From assembly GCA_033856735.1 (NCBI GenBank), contig JAWVEM010000025.1, forward strand, positions 972-64,971: a stretch of DNA of 64,000 nucleotides, written 5' to 3'. Positions 52,624 through 62,759 of the stretch are shown here, piece after piece (the stretch's first letter is position 1; each line of letters opens with the position of its first letter). The position numbers were made by a program, and so were the translations under genes. The notes beneath the pieces were generated by a model, which was not told the origin of the DNA, did no database searches, and worked only from the letters and a program-made list of their open reading frames with translations. The stretch comes from Blastocatellia bacterium. GTDB lineage: Bacteria > Acidobacteriota > Blastocatellia > Pyrinomonadales > Pyrinomonadaceae.

Positions 52624-53826
52624 ATGTCAGCACGCGGCGTCGCCATCTTAGGTTCAACCGGGTCGATCGGGTGCAACACGTTCAGGGTGCTGGAAGCGCT
52701 CGGCCCGGAAAAGTTTAGGGTCGTGGCGCTGGGCGCCGGACGTAATCTTACGAAGTTGGTCGAACAAATCTCTCGGCACCAGCCCCATCTGGTTTCAGTC
52801 GAAAACGAAAACCTCAGTGAACAACTGAAGGCTGAGTTGAGCAAACGCCGCCTCCCGATCCCACGCATCGTGACCGGTGGAGAGGGGCTGGTTGAAGTCG
52901 CCACGCATCCTGATGCCGACTGCGTCGTTTCGGCCACGGTGGGAGCGGTGGGCTTTGTGCCTACGCTGCGGGCTCTGGAAGCAGGCAAGCGCGTTGCGTT
53001 AGCCAATAAGGAAACGCTCGTGATGGCCGGCGAGCTGATGACCCGCGCCGCTGAGAGGGCTGGCGCAGAGCTCTTGCCCGTTGATTCGGAACACAACGCT
53101 CTGCATCAATGTCTGCGCGGAGAGACGCGCGCCGAGGTGCGCCGCATAATTCTGACGGCGTCAGGCGGGCCCTTTCGCACTCGCGACAAGGCTGCGATCG
53201 AATCGGCAACGGTGGCCGAAGCTCTGCAGCACCCCACGTGGAGCATGGGCGCAAAGATCACAATCGACTCGGCCACCCTGATGAATAAAGGGTTGGAAGT
53301 AATCGAAGCACGCTGGCTGTTCGGCTTCGGCGCCGACGAGATCAGCATCGTCGTGCATCCCGAATCCATCGTGCATTCGATGATTGAAATGGTAGACGGC
53401 TCAGTCATCGCTCAGATGGGTATCACGGATATGCGTCATGCAATTCAATACGCGCTGACTTACCCCGAGCGTCATGATTCTGACTTGCCGGCGCTCGATC
53501 TGGCGCGACTTTCTTCGCTGCATTTTGAAGAACCCGACCTGGAACGGTTCCCGTGCATTTCGCTCGCTTATCGGGCCTTGCGAACCGGTGGAACTTTGCC
53601 GGCAGCCATGAACGCTGCGAACGAAGAGGCGGTTCAGGCTTTTATCGATGAACGGATTTCCTTCGCTGATATACCAGCAGTTATCAAGCGAGCGATGGAT
53701 GAACATCGAACCAGCGATGTTAAGGATCTTGACACTGTGATTGAGGCCGATCGATCAGCTCGTGCCGGAGCCCATGTGGCCATTGCGGAATACGCGCGGG
53801 AAAGTCAGGTTACCGGCGTCGCTTGA
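52624..53826 (+). CDS. dxr: 1-deoxy-D-xylulose 5-phosphate reductoisomerase
   Basis: ILGSTGSIG, LANKE, DSEHNA and NKGLEVIEA motifs. Confidence 0.95.
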   Translation: MSARGVAILGSTGSIGCNTFRVLEALGPEKFRVVALGAGRNLTKLVEQISRHQPHLVSVENENLSEQLKAELSKRRLPIPRIVTGGEGLVEVATHPDADCVVSATVGAVGFVPTLRALEAGKRVALANKETLVMAGELMTRAAERAGAELLPVDSEHNALHQCLRGETRAEVRRIILTASGGPFRTRDKAAIESATVAEALQHPTWSMGAKITIDSATLMNKGLEVIEARWLFGFGADEISIVVHPESIVHSMIEMVDGSVIAQMGITDMRHAIQYALTYPERHDSDLPALDLARLSSLHFEEPDLERFPCISLAYRALRTGGTLPAAMNAANEEAVQAFIDERISFADIPAVIKRAMDEHRTSDVKDLDTVIEADRSARAGAHVAIAEYARESQVTGVA

Positions 53827-53968
53827 TATGGGAACGCAGCGCCACCACCGAACCATCCTACCTGTTTGACCCTTTCCCTATGGGCCACGTAAACTCACTC
53901 TTGTAAATCCGGTATCGGTTAGCAAGAGACGCGTTTTAGTTCGATAGGAGCTTTTAATCTAATAAGCG

Positions 53969-55387
53969 ATGGGCATATTCCAAAATCCTACTGTTATTGG
54001 CATTCTCGCTTTTATTTTCATTCTGGGCGCGGCAGTGACGCTGCATGAGTTCGGCCATTTCATAGTTGCCAAGCTCTTCAAAATCCGGGTTGAGACTTTC
54101 TCGTTCGGCTTCGGCCCGAGACTGTTTGGCCGCAAGATCGGCACGACCGATTATCGCGTCTCACTGGTACCGCTCGGTGGTTACGTAAAGTTGGGCGGCG
54201 ACGAATCCAACGCGCCTATCGAGGGCGAGGGCGCCTCAGACATCCCCGCGAATGAACGATTTGATCTGCGTCCGCGCTGGCAACGAATTCTGGTTGCGCT
54301 CGCCGGACCGGTAATGAACATTCTCACGGCGTTGACCATTCCTTTTGCAGCCGGCTTGATTTACGGGGTGCCGGCGACACCGGCCCCGGTAGTCAGTTCC
54401 GTCTCCGCGAGCGGTGCGGCGCAGCTGGCCGGTCTGCAACCGGGTGATCGCATTATTTCATTCAACGGTACGGAGAATCCTGATTGGGACTCGATCAGCG
54501 GCGATGCTTTGCTTTCGCCGAACGAGCCGTTGCCGATGGTAATAGAGCGCAATGGCCAGCGAATTAACCTGACCATCAAACCGACTCCGCACACTGAGCA
54601 GGGTGAGACAGCTGGATTCCTCGACTTTGTCCCTGATTATGGCGACGTGACTGTCTCAATCAGCGATGTGGCCCCTGGCAGTCCGGCCGCTGCCGCAGGT
54701 TTGCAGGGTGGCGACCGCGTCCTGGCGATCGGAGGACAGAACGTAAAGAGTTCCGAGCAAGTCGTTCAGTACATCCGTCAACATAAGTCCGAACCCATCG
54801 CCCTGGACGTCGAGCGCGGTGGCCGCCGATTGCAACTCACGGTAAACATACCGCCCGGCGAACAGGTCATGGGCGTTCATGTGGGCCAGAAACTGCCGAT
54901 GCAGAAAAGCGGCGCGATCACCGCAGTCCGCTATGCCTTCGATTCAAACCTCCGCATTATGCGGTTGACTGGCAAGGCGTTTAGCCAGCTATTTACCGGT
55001 AAGCGATCGGTGCGTAACACCGTGTCTGGTCCGATCGGCATCTACCGAGTGGCTGCCACGTCCGCGAATGAGCTTGGTTGGGCAGGCGTTTTTACTATGC
55101 TGGGATTTTTGAGTTTGAATCTCGGCGTCTTCAATCTGTTCCCGATCCCGGTCCTCGATGGCGGCGCCATATTCTTGTTATTGGTTGAGGGGCTCCTGGC
55201 CCTGGTGGGGATGAAAATCTCAATGGCCGTGCGCGAGCGAATTCAGCAAGTTGGTTTTGTCGTGGTAATTCTATTAATGGTTTTTGTAATCACCAACGAT
55301 TTATTGAAGCAGGCTTCCATCTGGCGCGGCAGTAGTCCGCCAGCCGCAGCCTCGCCCGCGCCTACGACGACAACGCCTCCGAAATAG
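53969..55387 (+). CDS. rseP: RIP metalloprotease RseP (site-2 protease, M50)
   Basis: HEFGHF zinc motif, PDZ-like segments (GLQPGDRI and GLQGGDRV), and the C-terminal NLFPIPVLDGG. Confidence 0.92.
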   Translation: MGIFQNPTVIGILAFIFILGAAVTLHEFGHFIVAKLFKIRVETFSFGFGPRLFGRKIGTTDYRVSLVPLGGYVKLGGDESNAPIEGEGASDIPANERFDLRPRWQRILVALAGPVMNILTALTIPFAAGLIYGVPATPAPVVSSVSASGAAQLAGLQPGDRIISFNGTENPDWDSISGDALLSPNEPLPMVIERNGQRINLTIKPTPHTEQGETAGFLDFVPDYGDVTVSISDVAPGSPAAAAGLQGGDRVLAIGGQNVKSSEQVVQYIRQHKSEPIALDVERGGRRLQLTVNIPPGEQVMGVHVGQKLPMQKSGAITAVRYAFDSNLRIMRLTGKAFSQLFTGKRSVRNTVSGPIGIYRVAATSANELGWAGVFTMLGFLSLNLGVFNLFPIPVLDGGAIFLLLVEGLLALVGMKISMAVRERIQQVGFVVVILLMVFVITNDLLKQASIWRGSSPPAAASPAPTTTTPPK

Positions 55388-55449
55388 ACCGTTTAGAGGC
55401 GGGCTACTCCTCGCCGATTCATAAGCGGGCGGTCTAAACGAGAAAAAAC

Positions 55450-56562
55450 GTGACCATGAGAAAGTCCAAAGCGGTACAGGTTAAGAACGTTCAAATCGGC
55501 GGCGGCGCGCCGTGTGTCATCCAGTCGATGACCAAGACTGACACGTCCGACGTAGGCGCAACCGTAGCTCAGATCGAAGAGATGGTCAGCGCCGGCTGTG
55601 AGATCGTGCGGTTGGCTGTGCCCGATAACGACGCCGCGATCGCGCTGAAAGAGATTCGCAAGCGTGTTCCCGAAGTACCGATCGTTGCCGACATTCATTT
55701 CCACTACAAGCTTGCTCTGCTGGCCCTCGAAGCCGGCATCGACAAGCTGCGTTTGAATCCGGGAAACATTGGTAAGCACGAACGGATAGTTGAGGTGGTT
55801 CGCGCCGCGCAAGCTCAGAAAGTCCCGATTCGCATCGGTGTCAACGGTGGATCGCTGGAAAAAGATCTCTTGCAAAAGTACGGCACAGCTACACCCGTAG
55901 CGATGGTTGAATCGGCGCTGCGCCACATTCGAATTCTCGAGGAACTCGACTTTACCGACATCATTATCTCGCTGAAAGCTTCTGACGTGCAGCGAACGGT
56001 CGCTGCCTATCGCCTCCTGGCTGAAAAAGTTGACTATCCATTTCATCTGGGCGTGACCGAAGCCGGCACCGCGTTTACCGGGACGGTGAAATCGGCGATC
56101 GGTCTCGGCATTCTGTTGCATGAAGGAATCGGCGACACGATTCGCGTTTCGCTCGCGGCGGAACCGCAGGAAGAAGTGCGTGTGGCTTGGGAGATAGTGA
56201 AGTCTCTGGGTTTGCGCACGCGCGGCGTCACCGTCGTTGCTTGCCCCACCTGCGGGCGACTGGATGTCGATAACTTTGTCGAGATCGTCACCGAGATTGA
56301 ACGCCGGCTGGCTCACGTCGAAGAGCCTTTGCATCTTTCGATTATGGGTTGTGCCGTCAACGGCCCCGGCGAAGCGCATGATTCGCAGCTCGGAATCACG
56401 TTTGGCCGCGGCGTGGGAATGATTTTCAAAGACGGCGTGCCGATGCGCAAAGTGGCCGGTGAAGATATCGTCGAGGCGTTTGTTAAAGAAACCGAGAAAC
56501 TATTGGCGGAAGGCGCCGCGGCAAAACCCGAAACGCGGCACGAACTGGTGACAATTACTTAG
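55450..56562 (+). CDS. ispG: 4-hydroxy-3-methylbut-2-en-1-yl diphosphate synthase
   Basis: VQIGGGAPCVIQSMT, RLNPGN, and CPTCGR plus GCAVNGPGE Fe-S ligand motifs. The start is GTG 55450 or ATG 55456. Confidence 0.93.
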   Translation: MTMRKSKAVQVKNVQIGGGAPCVIQSMTKTDTSDVGATVAQIEEMVSAGCEIVRLAVPDNDAAIALKEIRKRVPEVPIVADIHFHYKLALLALEAGIDKLRLNPGNIGKHERIVEVVRAAQAQKVPIRIGVNGGSLEKDLLQKYGTATPVAMVESALRHIRILEELDFTDIIISLKASDVQRTVAAYRLLAEKVDYPFHLGVTEAGTAFTGTVKSAIGLGILLHEGIGDTIRVSLAAEPQEEVRVAWEIVKSLGLRTRGVTVVACPTCGRLDVDNFVEIVTEIERRLAHVEEPLHLSIMGCAVNGPGEAHDSQLGITFGRGVGMIFKDGVPMRKVAGEDIVEAFVKETEKLLAEGAAAKPETRHELVTIT

Positions 56563-56641
56563 TACGGCGGCGCGAAGTCAAACACCCTGCCGACGGGTAG
56601 CCACGTGGCTAACTCATTTTGCATAACCGGCGAGGAGAAAT

Positions 56642-58519
56642 ATGAACCGCTCGCGTTTGATCGTCATTGCCTGGCTCGGCTTAATCTTATTTTCTCACCC
56701 AGTTTCTGCTCAACTAGCGGCGCGGGAGCCAAAAACACCTCTCGACGATGCCGCCGTCCGAAATAAATCCAATTCCCGAATAGAATCTGAACGCATCGCC
56801 AGAGAGCGACGTGCCCAGGCCCGTGCGCTTTTGATTTCATTGGCCAGTGATGCGCGGAGCTTTCGCGATCAGACGTTGCGGGCTCGGTCCCTGGCCAGAA
56901 TTGCGGACGCCTTGTGGGCCGTTGACGCCGACGAAGGGCGCGCACTTTTCCGAAAGGCCTGGGAAGCCGCTGAGACAGCCGACGAAAACCCCGCGCCTTA
57001 TAACTTGGGCCAGACGCCTCCTAACCTCCGTGGAGAAGTTTTGCAACTAGCAGCCAGCCGTGACCATCGACTAGCTGAGCAGTTTCTTGAAAAGCTAAAG
57101 ATAGATCAAAAACTCGACGAGTCCGCAAACTCGAGCCCTGACTTATACGCGCTTCCCGACGCCTTGCAGCAAAGATTGAGACTGGCCGGCTCCTTGCTGC
57201 GTTCAGGCGATGTAGCCAGTGCGCTGCAATTTGCCGATCCAGTGCTGGGCAGTGTAACCCTGTCAACGGTGGATTTTCTGACTCTGTTGCGCGAGAAAGA
57301 TCCCGCTGCCGCCGACCGTCGTTATGCGGCAATGCTGGCTAATACTGGCGCCAATATGCTGTCGGACCCTAACACTATATCGTTGCTCTCATCCTATGTT
57401 TTCACTCCGCACATGTACGTAATCTTCGCCACTGATGGGGGTGCCGGGTGGACAATGCCGGCCTCTGTCTCTCCGCCAGCTAGTGTCGACCCGCAGTTGC
57501 GATTGGCCTTTTTTCAAACCGCCGCCAGCGTATTGCTGCGGCCGACCGAACCTCCTCCAGAACCGGATCCGGGTAAGGCGGGAATTGCCGGGAAGTTTAT
57601 GGTCGTCAAACGCCTGATGCCGCTCTTTGAACAATACGCGCCGAGAGAAATCACGGAAGCAATGCGCGGGCAATTTGAGGCTCTGAATTCTCTTGTCAGC
57701 GACGGCGTTCGTCAGGGCGAAAAGGAATGGACGCAGAAAGGGATTAGCCCTGAGACGTCACTGGCGGACCAGGAGCAATCGCTGCTCGATCAGATTGATC
57801 ATGCCAGGACTTCAGACGAGCGCGACCAGCTCTATTTTAAGTTGGCTTTACTCGCGCTCAGCAAAGATGATCTGAAAGCTCGCGACTATGTTAGCAAGAT
57901 TGACGAAAGCTGGTTCCGCAAACAAGCGCAAGCATGGATTGATTGGGGCTTGGCCATCGGAGCCGTCAGGAAGAAGAAGATTGAGACGGCCCTGGAACTG
58001 GCTCGCATCGGAGAGTTAACTCACATCCAGCGGCTATGGCTCCTGACACAGACAGCGAAACTGCTGGTGAAAACTGATCGCGACAAGGCTTTATCGTTGC
58101 TGGACGATGCGACGTCTGAGGCTCGCCGTATCGAGGGCGTTGATCTGGATAGACCTCGTGGGTTACTGGGAATCGCCAATGCTCTCAGCGTGATCGAGCC
58201 GTCGCGCGCGTGGGACGCCGTCTTCGACTCGATCAAGGCAGCAAACTCGACCGAAGGCTTTACCGGCGAAGACGCAATGCTTAGCCAGACTATAAGCAGC
58301 AAAGACGCGATCAGAGTGAGTCCAAACGCCGTTCCCGATTTCGACATAGAAGGAATCTTCGGCAAGCTGGCCAACGAGGACTACGATCGGGTCGTCCAGT
58401 TGGCCCGCGGCTACCAGGGTGAAGCGCCCCGCGCCAACGCCACAATCGCCATAGCGCGCTCCGTGCTCAACCATAAGAGCCCGCCAGTTCCTGTTCCACA
58501 ACCGGCAACGAAAAACTAA
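56642..58519 (+). CDS. Secreted hypothetical protein (helical-repeat-like)
   Basis: Signal peptide (IVIAWLGLILFSHPVSAQ) and GGAGAAA upstream of the ATG. No motif was recognised. Confidence 0.6.
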   Translation: MNRSRLIVIAWLGLILFSHPVSAQLAAREPKTPLDDAAVRNKSNSRIESERIARERRAQARALLISLASDARSFRDQTLRARSLARIADALWAVDADEGRALFRKAWEAAETADENPAPYNLGQTPPNLRGEVLQLAASRDHRLAEQFLEKLKIDQKLDESANSSPDLYALPDALQQRLRLAGSLLRSGDVASALQFADPVLGSVTLSTVDFLTLLREKDPAAADRRYAAMLANTGANMLSDPNTISLLSSYVFTPHMYVIFATDGGAGWTMPASVSPPASVDPQLRLAFFQTAASVLLRPTEPPPEPDPGKAGIAGKFMVVKRLMPLFEQYAPREITEAMRGQFEALNSLVSDGVRQGEKEWTQKGISPETSLADQEQSLLDQIDHARTSDERDQLYFKLALLALSKDDLKARDYVSKIDESWFRKQAQAWIDWGLAIGAVRKKKIETALELARIGELTHIQRLWLLTQTAKLLVKTDRDKALSLLDDATSEARRIEGVDLDRPRGLLGIANALSVIEPSRAWDAVFDSIKAANSTEGFTGEDAMLSQTISSKDAIRVSPNAVPDFDIEGIFGKLANEDYDRVVQLARGYQGEAPRANATIAIARSVLNHKSPPVPVPQPATKN

Positions 58520-58622
58520 GCGATTAGTTGGTTATCTCTTTTTGAGGGTTGGCCAGAGTGGCACGGGCGTCCCGCCCGCGAATCACGCGCAAGATGCGCG
58601 CGCCATAACCACACTGCCGCGA

Positions 58623-59663
58623 TCAGGATGCTGCCATCGCCATGAAAAGCGCGTCGCTGGCGATCTTTCGATTGATATTGACTTCGAGCGTCCCGCGCAA
58701 TTCTTCAATCTGCTTGAGCCAGGCTGCCGCTTGTGCACTCTTCATTTCGGAGGCGATTTGTTGCAGCGGCGCCAGCAGGTCCTCGTTCACGATGGTTCCG
58801 CTCGGCCGGCCCAGCGCCAGAGCCCACGCGTCCCGAATCAATATCTCCAACGCTTCCAGCCTGTGCTCAAACTCCTGGCGGTCCTTTGCTGCCGCCAGGT
58901 GTTCAGCCGAATGCAGTAGCTCCACTCGATCGTTTGTAAGCGTTAGGGCCCTGAGAACGCCCAGCATCAGGTCGCGTCGATCGCGATAAGTCTCGATATC
59001 GCCCGCCAGCGCGCGCCCAATGCTGCCCTGCGCAGTGCGGGCCAGTAACCGCGCATCTTCGGCGTCGACGTTCTTTTCTTCGATCAGGAATCTCTCGACT
59101 TCTTCTGCCGCAATGGGCGCAAACCGGATTACCTGACAACGCGATCGAATCGTTGCCAACAGGGCAGTCGGATTACAAGTAGTCAGGATTAGGTGCGAAG
59201 TGGCCGGGGGCTCTTCGAGCGTCTTCAGCAAAGCATTAGCCGCCTGGTCATTCATCGTATCGGCGTCTTCGACGATGAACACGCGCGCGGCGCCTTCAAA
59301 CGGGCGAAAGTTAGCTTCGCGTTCCAACTCGCGCATTGGCTTGACCCGAATGATCTGCTTGTGCGGACGGACCATGGCAAGGTCAGCGTGCTCGCTCCAA
59401 ATGATTCTTTCCTTGTTGTCATCATCGCTGCTGAAAGGCGGAAACGTCGAGCGCGAGATTCGCTTGCACGAAGAGCATTCATCGCAGGCTTCGACGCCGA
59501 TGCGTTGACGACAGTTCAGGGCCTTGGCTAACTCAAGCGCGAAGAGTTTCTTGCCGATCCCTTCCTCCCCCGTGAAAAGCATCGAGCCGGGAAGCCTGCC
59601 GCCGGACAACAAACGCCCCAGCGAGTCTTTTACTTCATCATTGCCGATAAGCCTGGAAAACAT
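58623..59663 (-). CDS. holB: DNA polymerase III subunit delta'
   Basis: GRLPGSMLFTGEEGIGKKLFALELAKALNC, a Cys cluster CDECSSC, and LLKTLEEPP. Confidence 0.88.
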   Translation of the reverse strand: MFSRLIGNDEVKDSLGRLLSGGRLPGSMLFTGEEGIGKKLFALELAKALNCRQRIGVEACDECSSCKRISRSTFPPFSSDDDNKERIIWSEHADLAMVRPHKQIIRVKPMRELEREANFRPFEGAARVFIVEDADTMNDQAANALLKTLEEPPATSHLILTTCNPTALLATIRSRCQVIRFAPIAAEEVERFLIEEKNVDAEDARLLARTAQGSIGRALAGDIETYRDRRDLMLGVLRALTLTNDRVELLHSAEHLAAAKDRQEFEHRLEALEILIRDAWALALGRPSGTIVNEDLLAPLQQIASEMKSAQAAAWLKQIEELRGTLEVNINRKIASDALFMAMAAS

Positions 59664-59732
59664 TTCAGTATAAGGGTGGCACAGGCTTCAGCCTGTGATT
59701 CCGGTCCCGAACTCACGGATTTAAAGTCCATG

Positions 59733-60386
59733 CTACTCGAGAAATCCGCGTTCTTTCAAAAACGGTAGCACGATGTCCATCACCAACGCGTGCGTCTCAT
59801 TGGTAGAGTTTCGTGCATCTACAACACGGAACCGCGCCGGCTCGGATTTGGCGATCTCGAGGTAGGCGTTGCGCACGCGAGCGTGAAATTCGGCGTCTTC
59901 GCTATCGAGGCGATCCGTGTTCTTGCTGGCCACACGACGACGGGTTCGGACTGCGGACTCGGTCACCGACAAATCAAACAACAAGGTAAGATCTGGGGAC
60001 AATCCTCCGGTCGCCAGTTGAACAATTTCCCCGATTAATTTTGGGTCGAAGCCGCGTCCGGCGCCCTGATACGCCACCGTCGCGTCGGCATAGCGATCAG
60101 ACAATACGATTTGATTTGCCGCCAGCGCGGGCGTCAACAGCGTCCGCACGTGATGCGCGCGATCGGCAGCAAAGACCAGCAATTCGGCCAGCGGGTCGAC
60201 CTGCTCCTGCACGTCGAGCAAAGCGGCGCGGAGCCTCCGCCCCAACGAGGTCCCGCCTGGTTCTCGCGTAGCCACGATTTCCAGACCGCGAAGACGCAGT
60301 TGGCTTGCCAGGAGTCGCAGTTGCGTGGATTTCCCGCAACCGTCAATCCCTTCGAAGGTGATGAAAGCGCCGGCCATGTCTTGCAA
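59733..60386 (-). CDS. tmk: Thymidylate kinase
   Basis: FITFEGIDGCGKSTQ P-loop and DRY motif. Confidence 0.93.
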   Translation of the reverse strand: MQDMAGAFITFEGIDGCGKSTQLRLLASQLRLRGLEIVATREPGGTSLGRRLRAALLDVQEQVDPLAELLVFAADRAHHVRTLLTPALAANQIVLSDRYADATVAYQGAGRGFDPKLIGEIVQLATGGLSPDLTLLFDLSVTESAVRTRRRVASKNTDRLDSEDAEFHARVRNAYLEIAKSEPARFRVVDARNSTNETHALVMDIVLPFLKERGFLE

Positions 60387-60407
60387 AATTGTGCTTAGGA
60401 AATGCCT

Positions 60408-60695
60408 TCAAGTGACGGGCGACTCAACAGTTTGATCAGGCTGGTTCTCGGTGGTGGTTTGCTGCCGCAGCTCGCCAGTCGCCCGGCGCGCCTGCGAGAT
60501 GGTCGAGATGGCATGCTTGAAAATCAGTTGCTCTTGCGAGCCTGATTCCAGAATCAGCGAAAACTTGTCGAAGCTCTTAATCCGTCCCAACAGTTTCGCG
60601 CCGTTGACCAGATAGATCGTGACCGTGATCTTTTCCCGCCGCGCGAGATTGAGGAAACCGTCTTGAATATTTTGTGACGCTGGCTTTGAATCCAC
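60408..60695 (-). CDS. hfq: RNA chaperone Hfq
   Basis: Sm motifs: NIQDGFLN...[25 protein letters not shown]......[11 protein letters not shown]. Confidence 0.95.
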   Translation of the reverse strand: MDSKPASQNIQDGFLNLARREKITVTIYLVNGAKLLGRIKSFDKFSLILESGSQEQLIFKHAISTISQARRATGELRQQTTTENQPDQTVESPVT

Positions 60696-60968
60696 TAAGC
60701 GATAGTCCTTGAAATTAAGCTGACTAATATTAGCCTCAGAGTATAACAGCAGTTCAATGCTGACAAGGCTTTTCTTAAAACAAATTCAGCTTGAAGTGAA
60801 ATGATTTTATGGTCCCCGGGTTTCATTCAGCGCTTACCGAGGCCTCGATCTCTCAAACACTACCTTGGCGCAGAATGAAAACCCTTGAAAAGATTCACGT
60901 CAAATAATTATCTCGCCGTCACTCTTCGAAGCGGCGCGATGATCCTTCGGGAGCCCGCACTCTTTCTT

Positions 60969-61973
60969 CTAAGCAAAATCTTCCTGCGCCAAAACGAAGG
61001 CGTCCGCCTGCACCGTAGGATCGTCCCCAAATCCTGCCAGCCATTGCACGCCGGGCTCGTGGCGAAACCATGACAACTGGCGCTTGGCATAATGACGCAC
61101 GTCGAGTTTCGTTTGTTCGATCGCGCCGGCGAGATTACGTTGGCCGCGCAGCAACTCGATCACCCGACGATAGCCGTGCGCGCCCAGTGCGTTTGAGTTT
61201 GGGGGCACGCCTTCGTCGAGCAGGCGGCGAACTTCTTCGACCAATCCATTAGCGAAATGGTTTTCAGCGCGTTCATTGATACGCGCATACAGTTCCGCAC
61301 GCGGCGGGCTCAAACCGATGATTCGAATGCGGGAAGCCAGGGCCGGCGGCTCGGGCCGCAGCGGTTTTTGTTGTGAAATCGGCGCGCCGGTTTGCAAACA
61401 AACTTCAATCGCCCGATGCACGCGCGGCCAGTCGCGCGGGCTTAGCCTGGCAGCCTCAACTGCATCGAGCCTTTTCAGGATGCGATGAAGGTATTCGGGG
61501 CCGCGCCGTTCCCGCATACGTGTTAGTCGCCCCCGCAGGTCTTCGTCGGTCGACGGGCTGTCAAAGAAAGGCCGGCGCAGGGCGCGGAGATAAAATCCCG
61601 TACCGCCGACCAGTAAAGCCGGGTGCCCGCGCGCTTCGATTTCAGCGATCGTTTCAATTGCAACTCGGGCCCAGTCCGCGGCGGTGTAATTTATTAGCGG
61701 GGAGACAAAGTCGATCAAGTGGTGCGGGACGCCGCGACGCTCGGCCATCGGCACTTTCGCCGTGGCTATCTGAATGCCCTGATAGACTTGCACCGAATCA
61801 CAATTGACGATCTCGCCGCCGACGCGTCGGGCCAGCTCGATTCCTAACTCACTCTTACCAGAAGCAGTGGGGCCAACAATGGCAATGATGCTGCGACCGC
61901 GCTCTCTCTTTGGAGAGCGGGCCTCCTGCCCGCATTCACTCGTGTTCGGTTGGTTCACTCGGGCTTCGCTCAT
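60969..61973 (-). CDS. miaA: tRNA dimethylallyltransferase
   Basis: IVGPTASGKSELGIELA P-loop, DSVQVYQG and HHLID motifs. It lies upstream of hfq, as in many bacteria. Confidence 0.92.
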   Translation of the reverse strand: MSEARVNQPNTSECGQEARSPKRERGRSIIAIVGPTASGKSELGIELARRVGGEIVNCDSVQVYQGIQIATAKVPMAERRGVPHHLIDFVSPLINYTAADWARVAIETIAEIEARGHPALLVGGTGFYLRALRRPFFDSPSTDEDLRGRLTRMRERRGPEYLHRILKRLDAVEAARLSPRDWPRVHRAIEVCLQTGAPISQQKPLRPEPPALASRIRIIGLSPPRAELYARINERAENHFANGLVEEVRRLLDEGVPPNSNALGAHGYRRVIELLRGQRNLAGAIEQTKLDVRHYAKRQLSWFRHEPGVQWLAGFGDDPTVQADAFVLAQEDFA

Positions 61974-62072
61974 CAGCGAGAGATGATAAGCCGAATCCCA
62001 ATCACTAGCCAGATGAGCAGCAGTACGCAGATGGCGCCGATGATTTGATTGCGAGAGAAACGCATCGATTAA

Positions 62073-62330
62073 TCACAAACAAAACTCTGCCAGCTCTGCG
62101 TCACTTGGACGCACCAGCGGTCGCCCTCTCACTTCAAATACGGGAACGAATCGCTGGCGCGTTAATTTGTACATCGCACGCAGTGCTCCAAAATCGTTCG
62201 CGATGTCGCGTTCGAGAAAGGGAACGTCGTGCTCGTTTAGCCAGGCTCGCGCATGCTCGCACAAGGGACACCCCGGGACAACGTACAACATCACCGGATC
62301 GTTTCGAGCAATCATAGTTACCGACGCCAT
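62073..62330 (-). CDS. Glutaredoxin-family small protein
   Basis: CPLC redox motif after a beta-strand (MLYVVPGCPLCEHARAWL), and a ...VPVFEV.G motif. Confidence 0.7.
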   Translation of the reverse strand: MASVTMIARNDPVMLYVVPGCPLCEHARAWLNEHDVPFLERDIANDFGALRAMYKLTRQRFVPVFEVRGRPLVRPSDAELAEFCL

Positions 62331-62357
62331 CCAGAACTCAATCGAAGTATGAAGGTC

Positions 62358-62693
62358 CTACCTCGTCAGAACAAAAAGTCGCAAGAACAATCCCACTCCC
62401 CAAAGCGCGATATCGATGATGCTGATCACTTTGGCGGTCATGGCCATGCCGCGTTTGTCTTCCGCAACCCCATAGATGTTTATTGTTTCGAGCGCCGTAT
62501 TCGCCTTGCGAAAGGCGAGCAGGCCGAAGATAAATCCGAAACAAAAGACGCCCACGATACTAAGCAGCAAAGCGTTCTTGGCCTCACTGGCTGCATATGT
62601 CGCTTGCCTGGCAAGCACATCAGGCGGATAAAGTGAGCTTCCCGTGGGCGGTGGCGGCGGAACAAAAGGATCGTCAGTCGGTGTTTGTGACAC
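62358..62693 (-). CDS. DUF4190-like small membrane protein
   Basis: Pro-rich N-terminus and two TM helices (LLLSIVGVFCFGFIFGLLAF and VISIIDIALWGVGLFLRLFV). Confidence 0.6.
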   Translation of the reverse strand: MSQTPTDDPFVPPPPPTGSSLYPPDVLARQATYAASEAKNALLLSIVGVFCFGFIFGLLAFRKANTALETINIYGVAEDKRGMAMTAKVISIIDIALWGVGLFLRLFVLTR

Positions 62694-62759
62694 GGCTGGA
62701 TCCTCCTTATCGAGAGAGATGGGCGAACGTGTTTTACTGCGAGAACACCCCGGAGATCG

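Noticed and set aside
52521-53096. 191-aa minus-strand ORF
   Set aside because: It is antisense to dxr and has Ala/Ser/Arg-rich shadow-frame composition.
55393-56379. 328-aa ORF on the minus strand
   Set aside because: It lies entirely antisense to ispG, whose product carries unmistakable GcpE motifs. Its translation is low-complexity and Arg/Gly/Asp-rich, which is typical of shadow ORFs in GC-rich coding DNA.
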